In this document: positions 30,925 through 45,294 of the stretch, piece after piece
How positions within the stretch are numbered: position 1 is the stretch's first letter
How the letters are laid out: each line of letters starts with the position of its first letter
Assembly (NCBI GenBank): GCA_951406725.2
Contig: OX597840.1
Coordinates: 16,368,001-16,432,000, forward strand
Reading direction: 5' to 3'
DNA length: 64,000 bases
Origin: Octopus vulgaris
Lineage: Eukaryota
The notes under the pieces: model-generated
Told to the model about the DNA's origin: nothing
The model's input: only the letters and a program-made list of their open reading frames with translations
Databases searched by the model: none
Program-made: the position numbers and the translations under genes

Positions 30925-31345
30925 GACTTTCTGAACTTTGTCCAGACTATTCTTATTCTAGCCGCTATACTCTCAGAGCAACCACCCCCACTACAGATTT
31001 GGTTATCTAGTTTGTGGAAGCTATTAACTACTTCCAGTTTTTCCCCCTGGCATGTGATGGAATCTGTTTTCTGTACATCTTTGGTGTTTATTGCCCCTAT
31101 GCATCTGCCACACACAAAAACTATCTTCTCGGTTAACCTTCCTTGGATATTGCTGCACCTTTTATGTGTCCATAGCTAACACTGGGTACATCTTATGAAG
31201 TTTCTACCTATGCCTTTTCTACAGATCGAGCAGGGCCATCTACCTGAAAGGGTTTGTGATTTGTTTGCCTTCCTACTTACTAGGACTTCAGTTTTTGCTA
31301 GGTTGACTCTCAGGCCCTTCAATTCTAGACTTTGCTTCCACACCC
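30925..31345 (-). mobile_element. RTE LINE internal fragment
   Basis: VWKQSLELKGLRVNLAKTEVL...GRWPCSICRKGIGRNFIRCTQC, same family as 24090-26002. Confidence 0.9.
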
Positions 31346-31981
31346 TACATACATATTTATACACACACACACACATGCACACACACAAAATACACATGCA
31401 CACACACGCATACACTCACATGCACACACACATATACACACGCACATGCAAATGAACTTACACATACCTCCCATACACACACACTGATACATACATGCAC
31501 ACTATTATACATACATGGACATACACATACACACACACAGAGAAATGCACATTTGCTCGACAGACACAACCCCATGCATACACACATAAACACACATACA
31601 TACATACACAGACACACGTGCACACAGACACACACACATACTTCAAGCTTCCAGTTAAACACCATTCTACTGACCATTCTCCTACACACATATGAAGGGA
31701 GACACACAAAAGACAGCCACTCCTACCTAAAATTCCTGTAATCTTCCTATGGCATTAAGCCACACAAAGTCCACTCACACACACACACACATACGCACAT
31801 ACACGTGCTATTATTACACACACACAGACCAGCATGCACGCACACACATATCTCCTTCTCTAGCACTCTTGAAAGAACTTTTTCTCCACCCATTCCCTTC
31901 CACTCATTTCAATATGTGACTGCCTGTGTGTATCGTTGGCGATTTTCTCCCTCCGTCTTCCCTTCCTTTGGACTTTTCTGT

Positions 31982-32016
31982 ATTTCTGAAGAAGAGCTTG
32001 GCTTGAAACGTTAAAT
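31982..32016 (+). ncRNA. Minimal hammerhead motif in a Penelope-type terminal repeat; decayed sister at 63597-63631 (-)
   Basis: attt-CTGAAGA-a-gagc(ttg)gctt-GAAA-cgtt-aaat, with palindromic aacgtt as helix III. Confidence 0.65.
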
Positions 32017-32328
32017 CCTCTTTCCTTCCTTTCCTGAACTTTTGATAATACACTACTTGTACCACGTCCTCGCGTTACTGTTTTTTCTTGTTTGTTCTTC
32101 TTTGTTTGGATTCACTATATCTCTTTTACTCTTTTACTTGATTCAGTCAGTTAACTTTGGCCATGCTGGAGCGCCACCTTTAGTCAAGCAAATCAACCCT
32201 AGGACTTAATCTTTGTAAACCTAGTACTTATTCTATTGGTCTCTTTTGTAGAACCACTAAGTTACGGGGAAGTAAACACACACAGTTGTCAAGCGATGTT
32301 GGGGGGACAAACGCAGACACACAAACTC

Positions 32329-32418
<90 letters not shown>

Positions 32419-33220
32419 ATACACATATATACGCACATACATACACATATATACGGCGGGCTTCTTTCAGTTTCCTTCTACCAAATCCACTCTTAAGGCT
32501 TTGGTCGGCCTGAGGCTATAGTAGAAGACACTTGCCCAAGGTGCCACGCAGTGGGACTGATCCCGGAACCATGTGGTTCGTAAGCAAGCTACTTAACCCA
32601 CAGCCACTCCTACGCCTATACACACACACACACATATATTTATACACTCATTCATAATCCCAAAATTCAAACCCATGGTGTTCTACATATATAGGCTATT
32701 CCATTGTACTTCTTAATTTGAAGTTGGCCTTGATTAAGGTGACACTTATAAGCAAACCCATTCCAGTCATGTCCATCCCTTCTTTTCAAACATATTTTAT
32801 CTTAGATGCTATTTGATCTCCCTATTGTCTGTGTGTGTGTGTGGTGGGGAGGTATGAGATTTTGGAGAAATTTTGACTGCTATTTCTAGCATATCAAGCA
32901 CACACGTAAAGGGAGCTTCATTGTTGGATCTTTATTTATTTTGTCACTCATTTCTGTCACACACATACGAACACATGGACACACATATATACACACACAC
33001 AGACACACAGACACGTACGCATAGTCACAAAAATACATACACACTCATTCATACTCATTCACACATATGCACATACTCTTACACACACGAACACACACAC
33101 ACACAAATTCACACACATACACACTCATTAAAACATTCCAGTAGTTGTTCAAAACTAGGAAACTTAGTACATGAGAAATGTTAGAGTAAATAAGAGCTAC
33201 TACTACTACTGCTGCTGCTG

Positions 33221-33290
<70 letters not shown>

Positions 33291-33539
33291 CACCACCAGG
33301 AACAGTCACCATGACAACACCACCACCACTATCAGCACCATTTTCTCTCTGTCCTCTGTTCACCTCTAATATCTTTCTCTTTGGTCTTTTCTTTCTTTCT
33401 TTCTTTCTCTCTATCTGTCCTTCTCTTTCTTCCTCTCTCTATCTTTCACCATCTTCCTGTCTCTCCCTCTGTCTCTGTCTATAGTTTGAATCCCTATTTT
33501 TTCTTTGGTGGTTTGCTTGCTGGCCTCTGTCTGTCTGTC

Positions 33540-33578
<39 letters not shown>

Positions 33579-33789
33579 TCGCGTGTGTCTCAAGCCACAT
33601 TTCTAAGTCCCACCATAGTAATTATTTCAAAATTCCCAACTTGCTGATGTAAAACTTTGGCCTAAAGTAAGCATGTGGTTTGACCACCTTTCCACCCACG
33701 CTCACACACACACACACATACGCAACTACAAATTTCTAAATACACAAAGTACATAGAAATCCAAATATATATGTATGTGTGTGTGTGTG

Positions 33790-33829
<40 letters not shown>

Positions 33830-34379
33830 CATAATTAAATCTCAGAATGAGATTGAAACAGTAATCGCTCGATAATGTAAAGTATAGAAGCCATCTTATC
33901 ATGGCTAACCACATTGGGGAGGGGGTGTTACTGTAGCTTTATAGCCCCAAGAGATCTTCGTCTCACGCTGGCTTTAGACACAATATCAGTGTCCTTGGAG
34001 TATTTGCAAAGGGAGGCCATCCCTTCCTTGCAAGCCTGAGTGATACGCTCGAACTAGTTTCGGGATGGTTGTCCCTCGTCAACGGGCGGTAACCACCAGG
34101 TCGCGATGAAAGTGAAGGCTGTTTTGCAAACATATATAAGTTTTTCTAATGGCGTCTGCCACTGATATATATATATATATATATATTATATAAAAGGGCT
34201 TAGTAAAATAAATTACTTTGCCGCATACTGAACTCATTAGAAATAGCAGCTAAAAAAACTTTTTTAAAACTGTTTCCAATACTTAAAGAAAATCTCTCTC
34301 GTAAAGTGTTTGCTCAATTCAACTCACACTGAATACTTGGTGAAATTGATTAATTAATTAATTTTACCCTCAATTGTTG

Positions 34380-34418
<39 letters not shown>

Positions 34419-34675
34419 GTGTGTATATGCATACATATATATATGTATATATATGTAACGGGAAGGTTTACGAAAATAAGCAAAAGACAAAGGCAGGTGG
34501 AGTACAAACAAACAAATGTATTAGTATAGCGCTCAGGAATAGAAATAGAACAAGTCTTTTACGTTTCGAGCCTACGCTCTTCGACAGAAAGATACACAGA
34601 AAAAAACAAGGAGAGAAAAAGATGCGTGTAGGAGCTAATGGTCTATCATGGCGTTCTGAGTATATATGTGAGTAT

Positions 34676-34763
<88 letters not shown>

Positions 34764-34766
34764 ATG

Positions 34767-34849
<83 letters not shown>

Positions 34850-36333
34850 ATGCACATATATATATATATATATATCAATCATCATCATCATTTAGTGTCC
34901 GCTTTCCATGCTAGCATGGGTTGGACGGTTCAACTGGGGTCTGGGATGCCAGAAGGCTGCACCAGGCCCAGTCTGATCTAGCAATGTTTCTATGGCTGGA
35001 TGCCCTTCCTGACGCCAACCACTCCGTGAGTGTAGTGGGTGCTTTTTACGTGCCAGATGAGGCTGGCAAACGGCCACGATCGGATGGTTCTCTTACATAC
35101 CACAGGCACTGGTATCACAGCTACAATTTCCATTGATGTTGATCGATTTCGATTTTGATTCTGAATCTCACTTGCCTCAACAGGTCTTCACAAGTAGAGT
35201 TTTGTGTCACAAGAAGGAAAGGTATGCATAAGTGGACTGGCTACATCTGAGGTAGAGGCCACGGGTTATGGTCTCTCTAGTCCTGCCGGGTCTTCTCACA
35301 CACAGCAAACTTCCATAGGTCTTGGTCTCTTGTCATTTCCTTGGTGTGACCTAAAGTTTGAAGGTCGTGCCCATGTGTGCATTTTTTTAAAATTTACAAT
35401 ACACAACATCAGAATCCATCAGAAAATGATAAAGTTTATTACAACTATGGGATGTAGAGGCCTTCAACAAATCTTTTTTATTATTTGGATTATCAAATAC
35501 TTACTGTAAGACCACAGAAACATCTAGAAAGGAATAAGAAGAAAATAAGACAGATGATAGTCTTTTGTTTGAAATGTTTGAGACTAGCAAAAATTTTGGA
35601 TTTTGGACATTTTTTTTTAAATGATTGCATACTATTTAAAATGGAACAGTTTAGCTGTGTAACCCAAATATAAATACATTCTCCATTACATTGCATATTC
35701 CATTGCACACATCTGGGATGTTTTGCTCTTAACCAAAACAAATCCGCCTATAACAGTTTCACTTCAACTTGTCGACCGCATAAAACAGCCAAACAACCTT
35801 TTCAGTTGTTATTCACATCTACAGCACCTCTCTTTATATGTGTGTGTGTGTATAATAATAATAATAATAATAATCATCATCATCATCGTTTAACATCCAC
35901 TTTCCATGCTAGCATGGGTTGGACGATTTGACTGAGGATTTGCAAGCCAGATGGCTGCACCAGGCTTCAATCTTGATCTGGCAGAGTTTCTACAGCTGGA
36001 TGCCCTTCCTAACGCCAACCACTCCGAGAGTGTAGTGGGTGCTTTTACGTGCCACCAGCATGAGGGCCAGTCAAGCGGTATTGGCAACAACCTCGCTCGA
36101 ATGCTTTTTTCATGTGCCACCGGCACAAGTGTCAGTAAGATGATGCTGGTAACAATCACGCTCAAATGGTGCCTTTTATGTGCCACTGGCATGGAAGCCA
36201 GTTAGCCACTCTGTCAACGATCACGCTCGGATGGTGCTCTTAGCACTCCACTAGCGCAGATACTAGTCATCGAATTTGATTTCGATTTCACTTGCCTCAA
36301 CAGGTCTTCAATAACGACAACAACAACAACAAC

Positions 36334-36365
<32 letters not shown>

Positions 36366-37039
36366 TAATAATAATAATGGTTTCAAATTTTTCCACAAGG
36401 GCAGTGATTTTGGAGGAGGGGGTGAGTCAATTACATTGACCACAGTGTTCAAGTGGTATTTATTTTATCAACTCTGAAAGGATGAAAGGCAAAGTTGACC
36501 TCAAAAAATTTGAACTCAGAACTTAGTAACAGGTAAAATACCACAAATCATTTCACCCAATGTGCTAACGATTCTGCCAGCTGCTGTTCTTAAACATAAA
36601 GACAAACGAAATGCTACAAAGTATTTGCTCAGCTTGCTACTGATTCTACTAGCTCACCACCTTAATAATAATGACGATAACAACAACGATGATAATAATA
36701 ATAATAAAAATCATGATAATAATAATATTTATGATTTCTTTTATTGACCACCAGAAGACAATATCAAAGGACAAGTTAGAAAAACAGGTGGGGTTAACAT
36801 CAATGAAAGGGAGACACTACAACAGTAAGGGATATAACAAAAGATGTACATAAATAGAATTTAGAGAAATAAATGATTAATAAATAAATAGAATTTCCAA
36901 TAGCTGTGCAGTTCATTTAGGGTAATTTGGGGGTAAACCCCATGCAAAAGTCTCAGATTATTCTGCCGTCTCCAAGGCATGGGAGGTGTGTACTTTTCTA
37001 ATTTTTTACTCCTGCTTAGAATAGCATATTCAGAGCTGG

Positions 37040-37295
37040 TCCATTTGGTCTCACCAGTCTTTCCATGATTAACCACCTTTTGATAAATATTCTAGAAGGT
37101 AGCATCTCCCTCTCTACTCTCACCTTCCTCTTCAAATAATATTTGAAGAAATTGATGTGGGCTTAGCCTGATAGGCTGTCTTCAAACCTTTCAGATGGGT
37201 CAACCACACAGCTTCTTTTGCCACAGCCACTAAGCAGAGAAAGATCTGCCTTCCTTCTCTGCTAAAAGAAGATGGTGTGTCAATCTTCACTACAC
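37040..37295 (-). mobile_element. Tx1/L1-type LINE ORF2 C-terminal fragment
   Basis: IFLCLVAVAKEAVW...FFKYYLKRKVRVEREML...FIKRW pattern typical of Tx1 C-termini. Confidence 0.6.
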
Positions 37296-37802
37296 ACAAT
37301 CTTCACCTAATGATTCTGCCAGCTTGACACCTTAATAATAATCCTTTCTACTATAGGCACAATGCCTGAAATTTTGGAGGAGGGGGCCAGTCGATTAGAT
37401 CGACCACAGTATACAACTGGTACTTAATTTATTGACTCCGAAAGGATGAAAAGCAAAGTTGACCTAGGTGGAATTTGAACTCAGAACATGACGACAGACG
37501 AAATAACGCTAAGCATTTTGCTAAATGACTGACTGATATGATAGATAGATAGATGAGAGCACGGGAGAGAAGGAGAAAGAGAGAGATAGAGAGATAGATA
37601 GATGAGAGCGCAGGAGAGATAGATACATAAATAGAGAGAGAGAGAAAGTATTTAAGAATTAAATTAAACATTCTTGTTATATTTTTCTCTCAACGTGAGA
37701 TGAACCAAATGTCTGCAATCATTTATTTACAAACAGAAAATTGAAATATTTGTCTTGTTGAAAGAAAACTGTCCTGGTTAATGCATGTGTATTTGTATGT
37801 GA

Positions 37803-37839
<37 letters not shown>

Positions 37840-38559
37840 TACCCTGGCAAAATGTATTTTTATCCTAAGATCTATGAAGGAGTCCACCAAAGCAATGCAA
37901 GGCGCACGCGCGCACACACGAATATACACACATACATATATATGTGAATGTGTATGCTTGTATGTATGTATGTATATATGTATGTATGTATGTATTAAAA
38001 CAAACGTTAAAATATATGGGTGCATGTGTCTATGTGTGTGTGTTTAAGTTAATATATATTTTTAAATAAATAAATATAAATATATATATGTCATATATCC
38101 AGCATAAGTTACTTTGAATTCAGTTAATATACGCAATAAACAAACAACTATAGACATACATACATACATATTTGAGAAATTAGGCTTCTCAAAACCAGAA
38201 AGGAGAAAGCTAATTCAAAGACTACAGATCCAATCCATCACTGGAACTGTAAAAATCTGTAAAACTTTCCAGAAGTTTATCATTTAAATATATATGAGCA
38301 TATCTAGATATGCAATTATATGCATAAGAATACATGCATAAAACATACAAATCCATACATACATACATACAAACAAACAAAAATACCCTGTTGCTGATAT
38401 TTAATTTCCAATGAAGAAGCCTTGGATCTAGGTTAGAAACCAGTTCTTCCTCTATTGGTAAGAAATCTTGAAATAAACTGTATAATGACATACATACTTT
38501 GATAGGTTTCGACCAATATTGGCCCAGGCCATATCTAACTTAATAGCACTTTCTGGCAA

Positions 38560-39150
38560 AGTCATTCAAATCAGGAATCGGACAATATGGCCCACTCAAC
38601 TAGCGAGTTATTGTTTACGGAGTCATATCCAGGTGTAGGAGGTTTATCTGGGATTTTTTTGAGGAATTTGTCCAAAGACTTCTTGAAATTTATGGGGTCT
38701 GTTTCTTCTTTCACGTGTTTTGGTGTAATGTTAATGAGAGCGGGGCCAATTGAGGTGAAATAATTGTGTTGTATTGTTGTTATGTGATGCGAGTATGATT
38801 TTTGTTGTGGGCGGATAACAAGGGGTCCAAGTCTTTTGTGTATCTTAAAGGCAATACCAACATCATTTGGGCAATGCTAATGGAATATTTTCCACATCAT
38901 GCAGATGATGTAGCACTCATGGCAGCGTTAGAGAGAGTAAAGCTGGAGCTTTTCTAGTTGACCCCAATAGTCAAGGCCTGTCATGCCATCTATCTTTTTT
39001 TGTAATCGACCTTTGAGGTGCTTCAATTTCCATGATACTTTGTTTCATGTTGGGAGACCACTGTGGACAACAGTATTCAAGATGGGGTCGGGAAAAAGTG
39101 GAGAAACAAAGGATAATGGTATAGATATCTCTCGACTGGAAAGTTTAGAA
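38560..39150 (-). mobile_element. CR1-type LINE C-terminal fragment
   Basis: RPHLEYCCPQWSP...IEAPQR...GMTGLDYWGQLEKLQLYSL. Confidence 0.8.
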
Positions 39151-39727
39151 GAGACATACATACATACATACATGATGGCCATTCACTCATGACTGAGGAA
39201 AAGCATTACTGACCCTTTAGGAACATTGTGTGGTCAAGACTACCTTATACTTCACACTTGCAGCTCTGTTGGAGACTAACTAGCCCTGTTCCTGACAAAC
39301 ATACATGGCTGCAAACATTGCAGACCAAGCTTTCCCTATTCATTACACTAGCCCAGTTAGAATTTTCTTCAGGTTGGGTAGCCCATCCCACTCAAAGATC
39401 CCTGAATAAGGATTGTTTAAGGATTTTGAACGAAACACCCATGTTTCCAGAGGTGAACTATTCAAACCCCAAACAATCCCTCTCAATACATGGCTATGAT
39501 TCTCCCCCACTACTTCTGCTCGTGATAAGAGATGCACATATCGCCAGCCACTAACAGACATGCTTAACTGGTTAAGGTCAAACAGCTGACAAGCAAATCT
39601 GTGGTATTGAGCAGAATATTTGCTGTAGCCCATCTTTTATAGCAAGACAAAACAATGTACATGATAACACTTCGAATCAGTTAAGATCAGAAGCCATGAG
39701 AGCCACTGTCTGGTACTGCACCAGGGA

Positions 39728-39782
<55 letters not shown>

Positions 39783-40084
39783 TTATAAAGATTCATGTAA
39801 CTCTTCGCGAAAGTAAATAGGCACGATGCGATCTGTATTAGAGACTGATTATTTAACTCATTGAACAGTTTTTTGGCAGATTGTCTTCTGGTTCAACATG
39901 TAAAGTGAAAAAAACAGCAAAAATACAGAAATTCAAAATATGAACAAGGAAATCCTGTGTTCTTTCCAGATCAAATGACATCATCAGTTTCCACTTTCAT
40001 AACTGGTAAAAGGAAAAAGAAGAAAGAAAAATGCTAAAAAGTAGAAAAGGAAAAAGAAAAAGAGAAAAAAAACAGGAAAAAAAA

Positions 40085-40920
40085 TACTTAGTCAAAGAGT
40101 TTCAATGAACTTCACCTATAATTTTAGTCATTCCTCCAGGGTTTGACGCTAGCAATTCACAAATATATTTGTTCTCATGAATTTTGAAGATTGAAAGTAG
40201 AGTCAGAATATTTTCTGAGAATGGGCACTTTCAGATGTTCCTCAAAATTGCAGCCGTTCGATGTAAAATATTCGGCAAATTCCGTTGAATCACTGCTGTT
40301 GTACCTGACGTCATACCTATGCACATTGAATCTTTTATTCTTTTGAGCATGGCTATTGCCAGTACCGCCTGACTGGCCCTCAGGCCGGTGGCACGTAAAA
40401 GCACCCACTACATTCTCGGTGTGGTTGGCGTTAGAAAGGGCATCCAGCTGTAGAAACTCTGCCAGATCAGATTGGAGCCTGGTGCAGCCATCTGGTTTGC
40501 TAGTCCTCAGTCAAACCGTCCAACCCATGCTAGCATGGAAAACGGACGTTAAACGATGATGATGATGACTTTCTGTTGTATAAATCAAGTTGTGTTTGGT
40601 GCATTCTGCTGCGTATACCAAATGGGAATCTTTACACGTCCCACCTTTTGTATAACTCAACATTTCTGTTATGATTTGTGATGGAACTGACTTGACCCAT
40701 GTTGTTTGCACAACGAACAGGGCATACCTCTCTTGTGGCTGTCTTTCGAGTTACAATGTCCAGAAAATCCAATGTTTTCTTGGGGTTAGAGGTAGTAGTT
40801 AATAGTTCTCATATTTTTATTGTATCTAAATGTTACAATAGGTACAGAAGTAGAAAACTGATTTATGGTAACCATGGATGTTTCTTCACTATTCGTCAAT
40901 ATTGATCATGATGAGGAAGT
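40085..40920 (-). mobile_element. Penelope-like GIY-YIG endonuclease remnant, split by an RTE 3' UTR insertion (40345-40570)
   Basis: PIVTFRYNKN (linker), GTCKDSHLVYAAECTKHNLIY (GIY-YIG), RFNVHRYDVR...EFAEYF...FEEHLKVPIL, ENKYICELLASNPGGM (terminal E-x-x-W-I...P-x-G-L-N-like motif). Confidence 0.7.
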
Positions 40921-41339
40921 TGAAGTATACAGGAATGCCTTTGAAAAACGGTCAAACAAATCGACCCCAGGACTTATTCTTTGTAAGCCTAGTACTTATT
41001 CTATCGGTCTCTTTTGCTGAACCGCTAAGTTACGGGGACGTAAACACACCAACATCGGTTGGGGGGACAGCACAGACACACAAACGTTCACACACACACA
41101 CATACATGCATACATATATACATATATACATATGACGGGCTTATTTCAGTTTCCATCTACCAAATCCACTCACAAGGCTTTGGTCAGCTATAGTAGAAGA
41201 CACTTGCCCAAGGTGCCATGCAGTGGGACTGAACCTGTCACCATGTGTTTGGTAAGCAAGCTACTTACCACACAGCCACTCCTACACCTACTTGAGAAGC
41301 AGTTAAACGGTTATGATATAAAATTTATCATTGAAAATA

Positions 41340-41687
41340 TTTAACGTTTATCAAAGTATTTAAATATATAAAAATATAAAGGTCGAAACGTAAGCAAGGG
41401 TGTAAAAATATGTTTGAGGAGAGTAATTTTCATGAAGCAATACAATTCAGGCCAGCACTTAATACTTCATAAATCCATAAAAAGCTCTTAGGCATAAGAA
41501 CCTATGGTTTAACCACCCTTGTAATCTCGGTGTGACATCAAAATACCTGTAAACATTTTAAAATCGAGTTCAGTGGTTTTTTGTGATAAGTAACTGATAT
41601 CATGAAATCTTTTACAAGAAATCTTTGAAAGTTAGCTACAGCTGTTCTAGGAACATCAAAATTCTAATTCCAACAGGCTTTCAATCA
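41340..41687 (+). mobile_element. Penelope-like RT/linker remnant, probably continuing after 42262
   Basis: KNLWFNHPCNLGV and YHEIFYKKSLKVSYSCSRNIKILI match the PLE WFNPP and HKIFN-x-x-x-VKVSYSCM-x-N motifs. Confidence 0.7.
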
Positions 41688-41870
41688 CAGTTCTATATTT
41701 AAGAGATGAGGAACCATGTACATTACCTACATTATTTACATTCGACAGATAATTGTTCTCATCTTGTTTGTTGTTAACACAACATTTCGGCTGATATACC
41801 CTCCAGCCTTCATCAGGTGTCTTGGGGAAATTTTGAACCTGGGTTCTCATTCCTAAGGTATTTTTCGATG

Positions 41871-41924
<54 letters not shown>

Positions 41925-42261
41925 GTTCAGGTCACTGCTTGGAACTGAACTTGGAATCTTGGGGTTAGTAGCCTGTGCTCTTAACCACTACGCCATATGC
42001 CCGTGGTGTAGTGGTGTAGAGCACAGGCTAACCCAAGATTCCAAGTTCAGTTCCAAGCAGTGACCTGAACAATAATAATAATAATATTAATAATAATAAT
42101 AATGACAACATCGAAAAATATCTTAGGAATGAGAACCCAGGTTCGAAATTTCCCCAAGACACCTGATGAAGGCTGGAGGGTATATCAGCCGAAACGTTGT
42201 GTTAACAAACAAGATGAGAACAAATATCTGTCGTATGTAAATAATGTAAATAATATAGGTA
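41688..42261. mobile_element. Head-to-head inverted pair of a tRNA-headed, hammerhead-containing short element, with 13-bp TSD
   Basis: TSD aggctttcaatca at 41675-41687 and 42262-42274. Arms about 41725-41997 and 42003-42255. Each arm is a tRNA-like head, then (AAT)n, then a hammerhead. Confidence 0.85.
42158..42203 (+). ncRNA. Minimal hammerhead ribozyme; mirror copy on the - strand at 41776-41821
   Basis: gacac-CTGATGA-a-ggctg(gagggtatat)cagcc-GAAA-cgtt-gtgtt. Confidence 0.8.
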
Positions 42262-43077
42262 AGGCTTTCAATCAGTTTTGATAAAGTTAACGAAGTGTCC
42301 TTAACATAAACTATAACAGTTTTCTGGTTGTATCAATACGGATCATACTTGTATATAGTGTCTGGTACAGCAGAAACCTCATATTTTATACGGCCAATTA
42401 TATGGTGCAATGAAAGTTAGGAAGATGGTAACAGAATCTTCATGTAGCAAATACTTGGCTGTCTGATTTTTCAATTACCATCATAGTGCACAAGTTGCTT
42501 TTGCCGTTGAAATGTTTATCAATAATGGTGAACGAGAGGGAGTTTTGCTGTACTCAGGAGAGCATTTTTAATTAAATATTTTAGAACAATGCGACGATGT
42601 AACCTTTTTCTCTTTACCCTTCTTTCTAACTTTAAAAAGTTTGCTATAATATCGAGTAATTGTTGCTTTGAACAACTGTTAATTCAATAAATTATTGTTT
42701 GCATCCAGCTGTTTTAAATTATATTTCATTCAACTGCTTTTGATAAATTAACACCAAACTATGGCGTGTCCACACGTCCAGTAATTACTCCATCTGTTCA
42801 GACATTTATATACGTATTTAATATTATCCACTTATTCCATTATCCATTTACTCTGTTCACTGTTTTATATTATCGACAATTGTATCTAGAGACAATTATG
42901 TATTTTGTTGTTACAATTATGTACATACACGTGTATTAACCGATGTCAACGGCATCAATGAGAAAGAAAAATAGTGGAGCTGAATGAACCAACAAATTCA
43001 ATGTATTTATTTCCTTGTCATCTACTCTACTGAGTGACAAATATATATCTACACATTATTCATTTTATTATATAAAA

Positions 43078-43573
43078 CTAGCAGTATCGCCCGGCGTTGC
43101 TCGGGTTTGTAAGCATTTTTAGAGAGTTACTTCCCTTATAGATGCCAATTCGGGCTTTCTTAGCCATTTCTGTTTTGGTGCCTTCAAGCCATGAAGTCGT
43201 TGTTCTAAAAGAACGCTGGTCTCCTTGACAACGCTTTACGACGTTGATTTCCTTACACTCCCTTCCCCACAGCTTCACGAGGGAGGGAAGAAGAGGGAGA
43301 AGCAAACAGGTACAGGTGTGACCATGGACGCCAACTCCGCCGCCATCGACGCACGAAAAATTATGCATTAAAATGGAATAAAAAATGATGTTAAATTATT
43401 TTTAAAATCGTAGACTCATCGTAGATGCCCGCTAATACTCAGACGGGCTCGATATGAATCACGACTATAAGATACCCGAATTTGGTTAAACTGCACCGCA
43501 AAATGTGGGAGTAGTTAGGAATCTAAATCGAAGGGGACAGACACTCACACAACTACAGTTTTATATATATAGA
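43078..43573 (-). mobile_element. Non-autonomous Helitron, same family as 12170-13066
   Basis: Minus strand A|TC...hairpin...CTAG|T; body nearly identical to 12175-12570. Related Helitron ends at about 46983-47170 (5') and 49740-49769 (3'). Confidence 0.88.
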
Positions 43574-45294
43574 TATTAAGCTTTACGTTTTGGTTAACGG
43601 ATGGATATATTTATTGACAATACTTTCTATACGTTTAAGGCGGCGAGCTGGCAGAAACGTTAGCTGCTTAGGGGTACTTCGTCTGCTGCTGCATTCTGAG
43701 TTCAAATTCCGCTGAGGTCGACTTTGCCTTTCAGCCTTTCGGGGTCAATAAATTAAGTACCAGTTACGCACTGGGGTCGATGTAATCGACTTAATCCCTT
43801 TGTTTGTCCTCAATGTGTTTAGCCCCTTGTGGGTAGTAAAGAAACAGGTATTTCGTCAGTCTTTATGTTCTGAATTAAAAATATCCGTGGATGTTGACTT
43901 CGCCTTTCATCCTTTAGGAGTTGATAAATTTAGTACCAGTTGCGTACTGGGGTCAATCTTATCAACTGGCCCCCTCCCCCCAAATTTTGGGCCTTGTGCC
44001 TAGAATAGAAAAGAATACTTTACATATGTTTACAAATCAAAAGGGCCACCCTTTGCATTCATCTTAGCCCTTTATTCTTTACACCAACCAGTATCAAAAT
44101 TACCACCTATTTTCAATTCTACAATTTGTTCACATTTTATTTGAGCTGCGACGTTTAATTAAGGGTAAACAATGAAACAAAAGAATGTTAGGAAGCCCTA
44201 TACAACATTTGCAACTATTTGTGTGTTTAAGAATGTTTCAATTTATGTTTGAATAACGGATAGGCACAGGCGTGACTGTGCGGTAATTCCTTCCCGACCG
44301 GCTCCTTCAAATATATGATGAAGTGCTCCGCCTTGCTACCATCCAGATGCTTCGAAGAAGTGAGGAGCTTGGTCAGGCAGAAAAGAAAGTAGTTGTATTT
44401 TTGTAAGAGGTTTATTGCCTGAATAGGTTTTTTGAACTAGAAAAATGTAAGAGCATTATTGCCTCGTAAATGTGGTTTTGTTTTTGAAATGTGCAAGAGG
44501 TTTATTGCCTCGATGTGCCGTTTATAATGGAACAATGTTTCAGAGAAGTGAAAGTCGATGGGCGCTTTTCATCTTTTCTCATCCTTATCATCCTTGTATC
44601 ATTATCACTCATCTCATTAATGTCCGTGTCCAGCCTGCAAGCTTCTCTGTGTACTGCCCTTGTGGCAAATTAAATGAAATAAAGAAATTTCCTTCCCAAT
44701 CACATGGTTCCGGGTTTAATCCCTCTGCGTAGAACCTTGGGCAGGTGTCTTCTACTATAACCTCGGGCTAGTCAAAGCTTAGTGAGTGGATTTGGTAGAT
44801 GAAAACTGAAAGAAGCCCGTCGTATATGTATGTATGTATGAGTGTGTGTGTGTGTGTATGTGTGCATGTGCATGCATATATGTGTGTACACGTGTGTGTG
44901 TCTGCATGCTTGTGCCTGTCCCCCGCCATCACTTGACAACTGGTGCTGGCCTGTTTACGTCCTTGTAGCTAGCGGTTCGGCAATACAGACTGATAGAATA
45001 AGTAACAGGTTTAAACGCTGGGTCGGCTCCTGTGCAGGTGACACGTAAAAAAGACCATTTGAGTGTGGCCGTTGCCAGTACCGCCTGATTTGCGTTCATG
45101 CCGGTGGCATGAAAAAGCACTCTCAGAGTGGTTGGTGTTAGGAAGGGCATCAACTGTAGAAACTCTGCAAGATCAGATTGGAACCTGCTGCAGCCATCTG
45201 GCTCAGCAGTCCCCAGTCAAACTGTCCAACCTATGCCAGCATGGAAAGCAGACCTTGAACGATGATGATGATGATGATGATGATGAAGAAAATG

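Noticed and set aside
41940-42065. tRNA genes
   Set aside because: Acceptor and anticodon stems do not pair properly; these are SINE heads.
44296-44378. Stem-flanked ATGATGA resembling a C/D snoRNA or hammerhead
   Set aside because: No CTGA D box, no CUGANGA/GAAA pair, and it lies in a probable LINE fragment.
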